Shown piece by piece: positions 28,543-39,000 of a stretch of 64,000 nucleotides of DNA. The notes under the pieces were generated by a model that worked only from the letters and a program-made list of their open reading frames with translations, searched no databases and was not told the origin of the DNA. Every line of letters starts with the position of its first letter. Position 1 is the stretch's first letter. This DNA comes from an uncultured virus (IMG/VR IMGVR_UViG_3300017780_003486) (taxonomy: Duplodnaviria > Heunggongvirae > Uroviricota > Caudoviricetes), in the IMG/VR virus record IMGVR_UViG_3300017780_003486; one strand, 5' to 3'. A program made the position numbers and the translations under genes.

Positions 28543-29286
28543 ATGGCCACTGTCCAGTCGAGCTACAGCGACACCCAGCGCGCGGGACTTCCCGGCATGG
28601 TCGCGAACTCCGAGACCCAGAACCTGATCACGCGCACGAACTCGTCGGCTACCGCAATCGCTTTCGGTATGCCGGTCATTCGCAGCGGCGATCACGACTG
28701 CGTTCTCGCCTCCGCCGAAACCCTCGAAGCGGCTGGCGCGAACGGCGGCACGGCTCCGGCCGGTGCGACGATCACCGCCGCTCCGACCGTGTCGGCAGGC
28801 GCCAAGCTCGGCGTCTACCACATCACCTGCGTCCTCGGCGGTTCCGCCACGGCTTCGAAGTGGGAAGTCGAAGACCCGGACGGCGTGATCGTCGGTATCG
28901 CTACCGGCAACACCGCCTTCAGCGACGGCGGCCTGGCCTTCACGATCACGGACTCGGGAACCGACCCCGTGGTCGGCGAAGAGTTCATCATCACGGTCAC
29001 GGCCACGTCCGGAACCGACGACCTCGATGTTCTCGGCATCGCCGTTCGCGATCCGAGCCTCGATGTCGGCGCTTCGGACACCTACGTTCAGTACGCGAAC
29101 GTGGCGATCCTCACCGAAGGCGTCGTCTGGGTCACGGCGGGTGAAACCGTCGAGTCCGGAGACGATGTCTTCTGGAACCCGTCGACCAGCCGCTTCACCG
29201 ACACCGACACCCACGTCCGGATGCCGGGCTGGAAGTTCGACGGCGCCAGCACCAACGGCTCCATCGTGAAGATCGCCCGCCGCTAA
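28543..29286 (+). CDS. capsid decoration/cement protein
   Basis: Between protease and MCP; IAFGMPV, EGVVWV motifs. Confidence 0.75.
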   Translation: MATVQSSYSDTQRAGLPGMVANSETQNLITRTNSSATAIAFGMPVIRSGDHDCVLASAETLEAAGANGGTAPAGATITAAPTVSAGAKLGVYHITCVLGGSATASKWEVEDPDGVIVGIATGNTAFSDGGLAFTITDSGTDPVVGEEFIITVTATSGTDDLDVLGIAVRDPSLDVGASDTYVQYANVAILTEGVVWVTAGETVESGDDVFWNPSTSRFTDTDTHVRMPGWKFDGASTNGSIVKIARR

Positions 29287-29364
29287 CGCGGCGGCGATTT
29301 TCTTTTCCCGACTGTCTTAACCAACGTCCGCTGAGGCGGCGTTCAAGCAAAAGGATAACGAACC

Positions 29365-30336
29365 ATGCGAGTGAATTTGTTCGACGCCCAGCAGGCGCTC
29401 GGCTTTCTGGTCTCCCAGACGGCCAGCATCGAGGCGGAGGTCTACAAGACCAAGTACCCCGATTACGACTATGCGGCCCTGATCCCGGTCGACTCGTCGG
29501 CCAACGAATGGGCGAAGGTCATCACCTTCTTCTCGATGGACATGGTCGGCGCTGCCCAGTGGCAGTCCGGCGCGGCCTTCGACGTTCCGTTCGCCGACGT
29601 GGAACGGAGCAAGTTCGATCACTCGATCTTCATGGCCGGCATCGGCTACCAGTACAACCTGGAGGAGATCAACACGGCGCGTCTGGTTCCGGGAACGAAC
29701 CTGACGACCGACAAGGCCGACGCCGCGCGTCAGGCTTACGCCCAGTTCATGTACGGCGTCGCCTTCACCGGCAACACCGAGAAGGGAATGAAGGGCCTCC
29801 TGAACTACACCGGCGTGACCGCGACGGACGCGCCGTCCGAGGGCGACATCAACGGCGGGACCAACTCGCCGTACTGGACGCACAAGACCTCGGCGCAGAT
29901 CATCTCCGACTTCAACAGCGTTCTCTCCGGTATCTACACCGGATCGAACACGGTCGAGATGGCCGACACCGTTCTCCTGCCCGACTCCGCGCTCCTCATG
30001 CTCGGATCGACGCCGCTGAACGACACGTCGGACACGACGATCCTCGACTTCATCCAGTCGAAGAACATCTACACACTGACGACCGGTCAGCGTCTGACGA
30101 TCCGTGGCCAGCGCGCCCTCGCCACGCTCGGCTCCGCCGGCACCGGTCGTATGGTCGCCTACAAGCGCGATCCGCGCGTCGTGAAGCTCCACCTTCCGAT
30201 GCCGCATCGCTTCCTGCCGGTCTGGCAGAACGGTCCGATGAACTTCGTCATCCCCGGTATCTTCCGCACGGGCGGCGTCGAGGTTCGCCGTCCCGGCGCG
30301 ATCCGCTATCTCGACAAGGTGATGGCGGCTCCGTAA
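29365..30336 (+). CDS. major capsid protein (DUF2184-like, HK97 fold)
   Basis: YQYNLEEI, KGLLNY, RTGGVEVRRP; position and codon bias. Confidence 0.9.
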   Translation: MRVNLFDAQQALGFLVSQTASIEAEVYKTKYPDYDYAALIPVDSSANEWAKVITFFSMDMVGAAQWQSGAAFDVPFADVERSKFDHSIFMAGIGYQYNLEEINTARLVPGTNLTTDKADAARQAYAQFMYGVAFTGNTEKGMKGLLNYTGVTATDAPSEGDINGGTNSPYWTHKTSAQIISDFNSVLSGIYTGSNTVEMADTVLLPDSALLMLGSTPLNDTSDTTILDFIQSKNIYTLTTGQRLTIRGQRALATLGSAGTGRMVAYKRDPRVVKLHLPMPHRFLPVWQNGPMNFVIPGIFRTGGVEVRRPGAIRYLDKVMAAP

Positions 30337-30367
30337 GAGTCGACCACGCCGACTGACTGAAGAAGAC

Positions 30368-30403
30368 GCGGCCCCTTGGCTCTCGTAGCCTTGGGGCCGT
30401 TTT
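30368..30403 (+). terminator. intrinsic terminator after MCP
   Basis: GCGGCCCC...GGGGCCGT stem followed by a T run. Confidence 0.7.
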
Positions 30404-30428
30404 CTACAAACCGTTCTGGAGGACGAAC

Positions 30429-30965
30429 ATGGAAAAAATCATCGAGACGGCGCGCGTCGTCGTTACAAATCTTACGGAGAACCCGCGCGGTATCAACGCG
30501 GTCGGAGGTCTCGTCACAATCGGCTCTGGCGCCGTATCGAACGAAATCACGATGACGTTTCCGGAGATCGCGTCAACAAGATCGAGCGGCCTCATCGTCG
30601 ATGTCGTCGGCGAAAGCGATCCGATCTTCCGGGGCTCGCCGAAAGTCCGACGGACGAAGCTCGGCGAAGAGGTCATGGAGCTTCGCGCTACCGTCGCCGA
30701 TCTTCAACGGAAGCTCGCCGGGGCGAACAGCGAAGGTGGATCGAGTTCGGTCACGCCTTCGTCTCCGGTCGCTCCGGTCACGCCTCCACCCGTGAGCGGC
30801 AATACGGTATCGAAGACCGCAATCGAAGTTCTCGCGATGGCCGAAGACAAAGGCGTGCCGTATGCGGACTTCAAGGCGGAAGCTCAGAAGCTCCTCGGCG
30901 ACGATACGCCGAACAAGAAGGTCGACATCATCGCGGCCCTCGAAGACCTCGTCAACAAGTCCTAG
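30429..30965 (+). CDS. hypothetical virion-associated protein
   Basis: GGAGG RBS, post-MCP position. Confidence 0.6.
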   Translation: MEKIIETARVVVTNLTENPRGINAVGGLVTIGSGAVSNEITMTFPEIASTRSSGLIVDVVGESDPIFRGSPKVRRTKLGEEVMELRATVADLQRKLAGANSEGGSSSVTPSSPVAPVTPPPVSGNTVSKTAIEVLAMAEDKGVPYADFKAEAQKLLGDDTPNKKVDIIAALEDLVNKS

Positions 30966-30982
30966 TTCGATAGGAGGGCCTC

Positions 30983-31471
30983 ATGGCTGGATACGGAACC
31001 GACGAAGGTTTCAGCGCCTACGTCGCGGAGAACGGCTACACGCTTCCCGATCCGCTTGGCTCGATCACGGCAGCTCGTCAGCGTGGTAGCGCTTACATCG
31101 ACTCTGTCTATGGGAGCCGGTTCACCGGAAGCCCGTCGGGCGGTATCGAACAAGAACGCGCTTGGCCTCGTACCGACGCGGAGGACATCTATGAGAACGA
31201 AATCAGTTCTTCGTCGATACCTTCGCGCGTTGTCCACGCCAGCTATGAGGCCGCCTTCCTCGAACTCGTGACGCCGGGAAGTCTCTCGGCTCTCGTTACG
31301 GAAAACGAAAAGGTCAAGCGCCTGAAGGCGGGTAGCGTCGAGATCGAGTTTGCCGAAAGCTCCGCTCTTGACGCCGTCTCCGGCGCTTCCCCGCTATCGA
31401 CGAAGATCGATGGGCTTCTCTATCCGCTCATCGGTACTTCGCTTCAGCTTCCAGCGATCTTGGTGGTGTAG
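30983..31471 (+). CDS. head-tail adaptor (DnaT-like domain family)
   Basis: QERAWPRT...IPSRVVHASYEAA...KAGSVEIEF. Confidence 0.8.
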   Translation: MAGYGTDEGFSAYVAENGYTLPDPLGSITAARQRGSAYIDSVYGSRFTGSPSGGIEQERAWPRTDAEDIYENEISSSSIPSRVVHASYEAAFLELVTPGSLSALVTENEKVKRLKAGSVEIEFAESSALDAVSGASPLSTKIDGLLYPLIGTSLQLPAILVV

Positions 31472-31473
31472 AT

Positions 31474-31839
31474 ATGGCCTCTCCGCTTCAGGGTTCAATC
31501 GCCGCTAAGATCGGCTCGGCGTTCTCTTCGCTCTTCTACGCCGCGACACTCGTTAGGACAACGAACGAAGTCCCGAGCGGTCAGCCGTCTTGGGACAAGT
31601 CCGGTACTCCGACGACGACGAATTACACGTGCAAAGGGATCGTCGAAGAATACTCCGACTATGCGAAGGCGAACTCGCTCGTCAACGCTGAAGATCGGAA
31701 GGTTCTGATCCTCGCGACCTCGCTCGCGGTAACGCCGACCGATCAAGACAAGGTGACGATTGGCGGGAAGACCTATCGCGTCATCGAGGTGAAGACCGAT
31801 CCCGCGACGGCCGTTTGGGAACTTCGCTGTCGAGTCTAG
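31474..31839 (+). CDS. head closure/stopper protein
   Basis: Position, size, DKVTIGGKTYRV...DPA. Confidence 0.7.
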   Translation: MASPLQGSIAAKIGSAFSSLFYAATLVRTTNEVPSGQPSWDKSGTPTTTNYTCKGIVEEYSDYAKANSLVNAEDRKVLILATSLAVTPTDQDKVTIGGKTYRVIEVKTDPATAVWELRCRV

Positions 31840-31854
31840 GAGGAGAGAAGAGCG

Positions 31855-32886
31855 ATGGCACGAAAGACGATATCGGCCGCGAACCGTCTCCGCGCTCTGA
31901 TCGAGCGCTTCGAGCCGTCTATGCGCGATGCCTTCAACGCTTCTATCGCCGATATCAGATCGAAGGCCGAACTCAATCGCCTCGCGGATAGTATCGAACG
32001 CGGCGACGTAGAAGCGGCCATGAGAGCGCTCCACATCGACTCTTCGGCCTTCCGCGAGGTCGATGAGGCGATCCGCAGGACGTTTATTGGAGGAGGATCG
32101 CAAGCGACTGACGCTCTCAATTCGTTGCGCGATCCGACCGGAGGTAGGCTCGTCATTCGCTTCGATGCGCGCCTTCCGCGCGCCGAGGCTTGGCTATCCG
32201 ATCATTCGAGCGGATCGATCACGCGTCTGGTCGAAGACCAACGCCTCGCGGTTCGTCAGGCGTTGACCGAAGGTCTCACGCTCGGGAACAATCCCCGGAC
32301 TACGGCTCTCGATATCGTCGGGCGGATCAATCCGGTTTCGGGAAGACGCGAAGGCGGGATCATCGGGATAACGTCGGCACAAGAGCGATACGTCGCGACT
32401 GCCCGGCGCGAACTCCTTTCTGGCGATACGTCTCTACTAAGGAACTATCTCGACAGGAACCGGCGCGACAAGAAGTTTGACGGTCTTGTCCGCAAGGCTA
32501 TCGAAGAAGAGAGGAAGATAGATCGAAAGACCGTTGAGAAGATGGTCGACCGATATTCCGATAGGCTCCTTCAGCTTCGCGGCGAAACGGTAGCGAGAAC
32601 GGAAACGATGGCCGCGCTTAACGCCTCTCAGGAAGAGGCGATGAAGCAAGCTATCGATACGGGAGCCGTCGCGAAAGAGAACGTCGTCAAGGTATGGAAG
32701 CCGAGCCCTCGGATGAAAGGCTCGCGCGATAACCATCAGGCGATGAGAGGAGAGACGGTTGGGATCAACGAGACGTTCAGCAACGGCTTGAAGTTCCCCG
32801 GTGATCCGAGCGGCCCGATTGGCGAGACGGCTAACTGCCGTTGCACGATGATCACGAAGATCGATTATACAGCCGGTCTCACTTAG
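31855..32886 (+). CDS. minor head protein (Mu gpF/SPP1 gp7-like)
   Basis: VARTET, RDNH, FPGDP...NCRC. Confidence 0.85.
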   Translation: MARKTISAANRLRALIERFEPSMRDAFNASIADIRSKAELNRLADSIERGDVEAAMRALHIDSSAFREVDEAIRRTFIGGGSQATDALNSLRDPTGGRLVIRFDARLPRAEAWLSDHSSGSITRLVEDQRLAVRQALTEGLTLGNNPRTTALDIVGRINPVSGRREGGIIGITSAQERYVATARRELLSGDTSLLRNYLDRNRRDKKFDGLVRKAIEEERKIDRKTVEKMVDRYSDRLLQLRGETVARTETMAALNASQEEAMKQAIDTGAVAKENVVKVWKPSPRMKGSRDNHQAMRGETVGINETFSNGLKFPGDPSGPIGETANCRCTMITKIDYTAGLT

Positions 32887-32895
32887 GAGGAGTAC

Positions 32896-33330
32896 ATGGC
32901 CGGTAAACGACGGAGTTTCGCCGCTCAGGTTGACGAGTTCGTCCTCAAGACCCAAGCTCGGTACGAAGCCGTTATGAAGACGGCCGTTGCGAACGTAGTT
33001 GAGGACATATCGGATCGAACTCCGGTCGATACCGGCTTCCTTCGCGCTTCGCTAACGGTGACGACGGAAGAGCCGACTCCCGCGAGCCGAAGGAAGGGAG
33101 ACGGATACGTTGCGCCGCCTTATGCGCTCGTCATCAACGAACTTCGCGCCGGTCAAACGATCTATGCGGCGTTCGCCGCTAACTACGCCGGGTTTGTCGA
33201 GTACGGGACGCGAAATATGAAAGGCGCTGGAATGGTTAGACTGGCCGCTCAGGCGTGGCCGCGTCACGTCGCGAACGCTATCGCTACCGCGAAAGCCGCC
33301 GTCGCTCGAAATACGAGGAAGAGAAAATGA
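32896..33330 (+). CDS. HK97 gp10-like tail completion protein
   Basis: TPVDTGFLRAS, YAGFVEYG. Confidence 0.85.
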   Translation: MAGKRRSFAAQVDEFVLKTQARYEAVMKTAVANVVEDISDRTPVDTGFLRASLTVTTEEPTPASRRKGDGYVAPPYALVINELRAGQTIYAAFAANYAGFVEYGTRNMKGAGMVRLAAQAWPRHVANAIATAKAAVARNTRKRK

Positions 33331-33749
33331 CCTTCGAAGAGAACATCCAGACAGCGCTCTTCACTCGGGTCGAGTCGCTTTCGATATCGCCTTCCGTACC
33401 GGTGTCGATGCCGAACATCGACTTCCCTTCTTCCGGCGAGGTCCCCGAAACGTACATCCGCGTGAACCACCTTCCGAACGACAATCAGCGCTTCGCGGCG
33501 AAGAACGGCGGAACGAACCGCTTCCTCGGCATCCTTCAGTTGACGGTAGTCACTCCGCTCGGCAAAGGCGAAGCGCTTGCGGTCAGGATCGCGGGAGCGA
33601 TAGCTGATCACTTCTCCTCCGGTCTCGCGCTCTATAGCGAGGGGGTCAAGGTCACGATCATGGACCGGCCCAGCATAGCTCCGGGTTTCAAGTCCGACGA
33701 CGTTTCGTGGGACGTTCCGGTGTCGATCAAATACGACGCCTTCGCGTAA
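33327..33749 (+). CDS. tail terminator-like protein
   Basis: GILQLTVVTPLGKG; position before tail tube. Confidence 0.75.
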   Translation: MTFEENIQTALFTRVESLSISPSVPVSMPNIDFPSSGEVPETYIRVNHLPNDNQRFAAKNGGTNRFLGILQLTVVTPLGKGEALAVRIAGAIADHFSSGLALYSEGVKVTIMDRPSIAPGFKSDDVSWDVPVSIKYDAFA

Positions 33750-33819
33750 GTAGTTCCCCGGAATAGCCGGGATCATCCGCCCCGTTCGGGGCTTCCAAGC
33801 CATTAGAAGGAGACCCCAT

Positions 33820-34626
33820 ATGGCCGTTTCAAAGACCAGCGGAACCCGGTTCTTCATCGGACCGGACGTGAACCCGGACACCATCCGAGCGATGTCGGAC
33901 AACAACGCCGTCGACTTCTTCGAAGCCATCGACTCCGGAGACTGGGTCGAGGTCGAAGAGATCGAGAGCTTCGGCGAGCTGGGCGACAACACGGAGGTCG
34001 CGACGTTCTCGAACGTCAAGGATCGCCGCGTTCGCAAGTTCAAGACGACGCGCGATGCCGGCACGATGGCCATCGTCGTCGGTCGCGACCCGCTCGATCC
34101 GGGTCAGATCGCGATGGAGGATGCGGAAAAGACCGATCTGAATTACGCCTTCAAGATCATCTATGCCGACCGTCGCGACGAAGACCACACCGACTCCGTT
34201 GAATACTTCGGCGGCGTCGTCCTCTCGCGACCGGTCAACCTCGGCGGCAATCAGGACATCACGAAGCGGACATTCAACCTCGCCGTCAACTCCGCGATCT
34301 ATGTCGTCGCTTCCGAGTCGTCCATCGCTCCGACGATCCTCGAACTGCCCTCGATCATCGGCGCTTCTGTCCAGGTGGGCGTCGAACTCGAAGTGCTCGA
34401 AGGCACGTGGACCGGTTCGCCCACGTCGTTCCTCTATCAGTGGAAGCACGACGTTAGCGGCAACGGGACGTTCAGCAACGTCTCGGCCGGTGGTACGTCG
34501 AAGCTCTACACGCCCGTCGTGGGCGACATCGGCGATGCCCTCCAGTGCGAGGTTCGCGCCGTCAACTCGGCCGGTACGTCTTCGATTGCGAAGACCGTCG
34601 CCGTTGGTCCGATCCTCGCCGCCTAG
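33820..34626 (+). CDS. major tail tube protein with C-terminal Ig-like domain
   Basis: FGELGD...KTTRDAG...DPGQ; GTWTGSPTSFLYQW Ig-like tail. Confidence 0.85.
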   Translation: MAVSKTSGTRFFIGPDVNPDTIRAMSDNNAVDFFEAIDSGDWVEVEEIESFGELGDNTEVATFSNVKDRRVRKFKTTRDAGTMAIVVGRDPLDPGQIAMEDAEKTDLNYAFKIIYADRRDEDHTDSVEYFGGVVLSRPVNLGGNQDITKRTFNLAVNSAIYVVASESSIAPTILELPSIIGASVQVGVELEVLEGTWTGSPTSFLYQWKHDVSGNGTFSNVSAGGTSKLYTPVVGDIGDALQCEVRAVNSAGTSSIAKTVAVGPILAA

Positions 34627-34660
34627 TACGCGGTCCGAGATCGGATAAGGGAGAACTAAA

Positions 34661-34706
34661 AGGAGGAGGTCACCGATTGAGCCGGGTGACTTCCTCCTTC
34701 GTCTTT
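34661..34706 (+). terminator. probable terminator/hairpin after tail tube gene
   Basis: AGGAGGAGGTCACC...GGTGACTTCTCCT followed by TCGTCTTT. Confidence 0.5.
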
Positions 34707-34740
34707 CAACGAGGCTCTATCGATACAGGGAACCGCAGTT

Positions 34741-35193
34741 ATGGAAGAGAACACGGGAACGGTTGCGACCTTCGACATCGACGATCTGAACTCCGTCGAC
34801 GAAGGAAAGATGATGGTCCTCGCCGGGGACCGGCCGACCGGATGGGAATGGACCTTTGCCGGGCCGGGTCATCCGATGGGGATCGCCCAGACGAACCGGA
34901 TCGCTCGCGAAGAGCTTTCCCGTCAGCGTTCGCAGGAGCAGGCTCGCGTCAACAACAAGAAGTACAAGGCCGAAGAAAAGAGCCCCGACGATCTGCTCGA
35001 AGAGAACGTCAACTTCATCCTCGAACGTCTCCTCGGATGGTCCGACGTCAATATGAACGGCAAGCCGTTCCCGTTCTCGCGAGAGAACGCGCGCTCGATC
35101 CTGAAGGATAAGCGGAAGGCGACGATCCTCAATCAGTGCATCGAGTTCATCCTCAACGACAACTCTTTTACGAAGCGCTCGGCGAAGCCCTGA
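34741..35193 (+). CDS. tail assembly chaperone (gpG-like)
   Basis: Position between tube and tape measure; GWSDV...PFSRENA. Confidence 0.8.
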   Translation: MEENTGTVATFDIDDLNSVDEGKMMVLAGDRPTGWEWTFAGPGHPMGIAQTNRIAREELSRQRSQEQARVNNKKYKAEEKSPDDLLEENVNFILERLLGWSDVNMNGKPFPFSRENARSILKDKRKATILNQCIEFILNDNSFTKRSAKP

Positions 35194-35681
35194 TCGAATA
35201 CGCTGAGCGCTGGTTCTATCTCAACGAGTACGATGACGCCGGTAAGACCCGGCGTGATCGTCTCATCGCCAGACTGTCGAAAGCCGAGAAAAGGAACGAA
35301 GGAACGAAGGCGGCCGATATAGCCGAAGAGCTTCGTTTGCCATCGTTCCCTACGGCTTTGGATTACATCTGGTCGTCTTACATAAGGATGCGGAGGCGAA
35401 AGAGTCCGGGGTTCGCTTCCCATAATCCTTTGGGCTGGGACGACTTCAAGGCGTTTTCGGAAGTCACCGGTATGCGGTTCTCCGCTTGGGAGATATCGCT
35501 TCTGGAGGAGATCGATGACGCCTTCCTGAAGCCGGAACCTCCCGTAACGATCCCCGATAGCGGCGACAAGAAAGTGCGAGCGGTCTCGTCGGCTCTCGAC
35601 GGAGAGGGCGTCAAGAGCATCCTCGGATCGGTCGGCACTCGTCGAGTCGTCGTAAGAACTGGAAAGGTCGGAACGACATGA
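35166..35681 (+). CDS. tail assembly chaperone frameshift extension (gpGT-like)
   Basis: Overlapping ORF in the -1 frame lacking a good start; candidate slip at TCT TTT A (35164-35170). Confidence 0.65.
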   Translation, partial: FYEALGEALIEYAERWFYLNEYDDAGKTRRDRLIARLSKAEKRNEGTKAADIAEELRLPSFPTALDYIWSSYIRMRRRKSPGFASHNPLGWDDFKAFSEVTGMRFSAWEISLLEEIDDAFLKPEPPVTIPDSGDKKVRAVSSALDGEGVKSILGSVGTRRVVVRTGKVGTT

Positions 35682-38287
35682 GCAACGATATCGCATCGCT
35701 GGGGCTTGAAGTAGATACCTCCCCGATGGTCCGCGCTCGCGATGAGTTCGGTCGTTTCGTCAAGGGAGCGAGTGCTGCCGAGCGCGCGGCTCAGGCGTGG
35801 GGGATGACTACGTCTGCGGCCGCGCGTCAGGTATCGACTTCGGTAGCGGCTACTGCTCGCACGCGCGACGAGTTCGGCCGCTTCGTGAAGACCGTTTCGG
35901 ACGGAAGCGCGAACGTCGCTCGCGCCTCCGCCGCGACCATGGCCGGTATGAACCGCGCCTCGATGGCGACCTACGCTGGGATGTCGAAAGGAGCCGTCGA
36001 CTATTCCTCAATCGTAGCGCTTATGGCTTCGAAGCTCGCGAACGACAATAAGTCAGTCGGAGCTTCGTTCGCAGAACTCGCTACTTCGACGACCGCTAGT
36101 ACCGTTCGCTTCGGCGGCGTTACGAAGATCGCCGAAGATGCGGGGCGAGGTCTAGGCGGATCGATCCGTGGCCTTCTTGGTCTTCTAGGCCCGCTCGCGG
36201 CAGCCTTCACGCTTGCCGGAGCCGCTATGGCCGTCTGGCGTGCCGGTATGAAGGCGGCCGACCTCGGCGAACAGGCGGAGCAGCTCAACGTATCGACCGA
36301 AGCTCTTCAGGCGTATCGATACGAAGCGGCTCAGGCGGGGATCGCCGATGGCCAACTCGATCAGGCTCTCATCCGTCTGACCGCTTCTCTCGGAGCGGCC
36401 TACAAGGGCGGCGAAGAGCAGATCAAGATGTTCGATAAGCTCGGCGTCAAGGTCCTCGACGCGAACGGCGAACTGCGTTCGACACAGGACATCCTGCCGG
36501 AACTTGCCGCCGGTCTGAAGAACGTCGGCTCAGAGACTCAGCGGAACGCGATCCTGACGGAACTCTTCGGACGTTCCGGTGCGCGTATGGCGACCATGCT
36601 CGACGCATGGGCAACCGGAAACGAGGCGGTCATCGCTTCGGCGAAGAAGGCCGGAGCGGTACTCGATAAGGAGGTCATCAAGGCGTGGGACGATCTGAGC
36701 GATGCGATGACGCGAGCGGGAGCCGTTACGGACACCGCTTTCGCGAAGCTCGGTGCGCCTATCGCGACTTGGGCTTTGGAGAAGGTCGAGTCGATCCTCA
36801 AGTCGATCATCTCGAACCTTGATCGTCTGAAGAAGTTCGAAGCGACTACTTCTTCGAGAGCCGCCGAGTCTGACGTGACGGTCCTCGAAGAACGCCTGAA
36901 GGCTCTCGACTCGAACCCGAGTCAGTTCGGTGTTGCGAACTCTCGTAAGGCTCTAACCGCTCAGATCGAAGCGGCGAAGGCTCGCGTTGCCGAAGCGAAG
37001 GCGCAAGAGCGTCAGGTCGTCATGCAAGCCGACGAAGAGGCAGCCCGTTCGGTGAAACTCCCGGCTATGGTTCCTCCTCCGACGCAGGCGATCCCGAAGT
37101 CGAGCGGCGGAAAGGAAGACCCGTATGCGAAGCTGATCTCCGGAGCGCAAGCGTATATCGCTCAGAAGAACGCCGAGACTCAAGCTCTCGGCATGAACGG
37201 CCAAGCGGCGGCGCTCCTGATCCACACTCAGGAACTCCTGAATAAGGCCATGGAGGGCGGGATTAAGTTGACCGCCGGTCAACGCGCCCAGCTCGAACAA
37301 CTCGCGGCGAAGATGGCGGAAGCCGATACCGCCTTCAAGTCGTCCGAGTTCATGAAGAACTCGGCGACCAAGTCGCAGGAGTTCGTGAAGGAGCAGGAGC
37401 TTGAGCGTCAGGCCATCGGTATGTCGGCCGAAGCCGCTGCTCGTATGCGGTTCGAGCAGGAGATGCTTAATCAGGCTCAGTCCGCGAACATCGTCTTGAC
37501 TCAGGCGCAGAGGGAAGAGATCGGTCGTATGGCCGGTGAGATGGCCTCGGCGCAGGAGAAGACTCGTCAGGCGAAGGAGATGTACGAGTTCGCAAAGGGC
37601 ACGTTTAAGGGGATGATGTCCGACATCAACCAAGGCGTCCGGGAAGGAGCCGGAGTTTGGAATATCCTCGGGAACGCCGCGATGAACGTCCTCGGGAAGA
37701 TAAGCGATAAGCTGATGGAGATGGCCGCGAACGAACTTTTCGAAGCGGCGTTCCCGAGTAAGGGAGGCGGCGGAATGGGAGGCGGCATCATGGATATCGT
37801 CGGCGGCCTCTTCGGCGGCGGCGGAATGGGCGGAACGTCTTCCGGCATCATGGACGGTATCATGGGGATGATGAACTTCTTCCCGACGTTCGCTAAAGGC
37901 GGCGTCTTTGACCGAAGCCGTATCGTTCCATTCGCCCACGGCGGTATCATCGATAAGCCGACGCTCTTCCCGTTCGCTAAAGGGACTGGCGTCATGGGCG
38001 AAGCCGGACCGGAAGCGATCATGCCTCTTCGGCGTGGTCGTAACGGAGCCCTTGGAGTCGTCTCAAACGGAAGCGCGGGGAACGGCAAGGCGGGCGGCGA
38101 GATCGTCGTTAGGGTCGAGCTGAACAACGACGTTCTGACTTCCAAGATCGATAACCGAAGCACGGCTATCGTTAAGAAGGCAGCGCCGGGGATAGAGGCG
38201 CGCGCCGTAGAGAGATCGGGCGAGCAAGTGATCCCGATCATGAGCCGAGATAAGGAAGAAGGCCACGGAGACTGGAGAACGCAGTAA
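35678..38287 (+). CDS. tape measure protein
   Basis: 869 aa Ala-rich helical; RDEFGRFVK twice; FAKGG...MGEAGPEAIMPL. Confidence 0.95.
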   Translation: MSNDIASLGLEVDTSPMVRARDEFGRFVKGASAAERAAQAWGMTTSAAARQVSTSVAATARTRDEFGRFVKTVSDGSANVARASAATMAGMNRASMATYAGMSKGAVDYSSIVALMASKLANDNKSVGASFAELATSTTASTVRFGGVTKIAEDAGRGLGGSIRGLLGLLGPLAAAFTLAGAAMAVWRAGMKAADLGEQAEQLNVSTEALQAYRYEAAQAGIADGQLDQALIRLTASLGAAYKGGEEQIKMFDKLGVKVLDANGELRSTQDILPELAAGLKNVGSETQRNAILTELFGRSGARMATMLDAWATGNEAVIASAKKAGAVLDKEVIKAWDDLSDAMTRAGAVTDTAFAKLGAPIATWALEKVESILKSIISNLDRLKKFEATTSSRAAESDVTVLEERLKALDSNPSQFGVANSRKALTAQIEAAKARVAEAKAQERQVVMQADEEAARSVKLPAMVPPPTQAIPKSSGGKEDPYAKLISGAQAYIAQKNAETQALGMNGQAAALLIHTQELLNKAMEGGIKLTAGQRAQLEQLAAKMAEADTAFKSSEFMKNSATKSQEFVKEQELERQAIGMSAEAAARMRFEQEMLNQAQSANIVLTQAQREEIGRMAGEMASAQEKTRQAKEMYEFAKGTFKGMMSDINQGVREGAGVWNILGNAAMNVLGKISDKLMEMAANELFEAAFPSKGGGGMGGGIMDIVGGLFGGGGMGGTSSGIMDGIMGMMNFFPTFAKGGVFDRSRIVPFAHGGIIDKPTLFPFAKGTGVMGEAGPEAIMPLRRGRNGALGVVSNGSAGNGKAGGEIVVRVELNNDVLTSKIDNRSTAIVKKAAPGIEARAVERSGEQVIPIMSRDKEEGHGDWRTQ

Positions 38288-38985
38288 TGGTTAACATAAT
38301 CTCGTGGCCGGAAATCCTTTGCCCCAACCGGATCGAGGTCAGCCCGGTTCCTATGACCCGATCCGGTGGGCCTACTCTCGCGGGCATCCAAGAGAGCGTC
38401 ATGACGGACGTTGGTTGGTGGTCGATATCGTATAACGGACTCGGGTTGTACGATACCGCCACCCGCCGAATGTTCAACGCCATCAGGGTAACGACCGGAG
38501 GTCGGCGAGGCGTTCTCTCCATCCCGGTCTGGTCGCACGACTCGGCCGAATGGCCAAGCGACTCGACGTTCGGCCGTTACTTCACGACCCATTCGGATGG
38601 CAGTCCGTTCTCCGACTCGTCGCGTTATTCGCAACCGGCGCTCGGTATCGTAATGGCCGAAGCCGCAGCGATAGGCGACACGGTCGTGAAGCTCCGCGTC
38701 GGTATCGGTCCGGAAGAACTCGCCGGAGTTCGATGGAGCTACAACAGCGCGCTTTACGAGAACGGTCTACCGACGCTTGTCGAAGACGACGTTTGGACGC
38801 TTCCGATCTTCCCGGCGATCAGGGCTCCTATCCCGGCCGGGGCCGATCTTGAAACGAGCGTCCCGACTTGTCTCGTTCATCTCGCTTCGGATCGAGAGAT
38901 GGATGGATCGTTTAGCTCGGGTCACTACGACACGAAGACCGTTTCGTTCGTGGAGGCTCACGATTACTGGAGCAACATCGCTTAA
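38287..38985 (+). CDS. distal tail protein-like
   Basis: First gene after tape measure. Confidence 0.6.
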   Translation: MVNIISWPEILCPNRIEVSPVPMTRSGGPTLAGIQESVMTDVGWWSISYNGLGLYDTATRRMFNAIRVTTGGRRGVLSIPVWSHDSAEWPSDSTFGRYFTTHSDGSPFSDSSRYSQPALGIVMAEAAAIGDTVVKLRVGIGPEELAGVRWSYNSALYENGLPTLVEDDVWTLPIFPAIRAPIPAGADLETSVPTCLVHLASDREMDGSFSSGHYDTKTVSFVEAHDYWSNIA

Positions 38986-39000
38986 AGGAGAGCCGCTCAA

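Noticed and set aside
30337..30367. Second hammerhead at CTGAAGA after the MCP gene
   Set aside because: No GAAA/stem III/UH arrangement; the region is a terminator.
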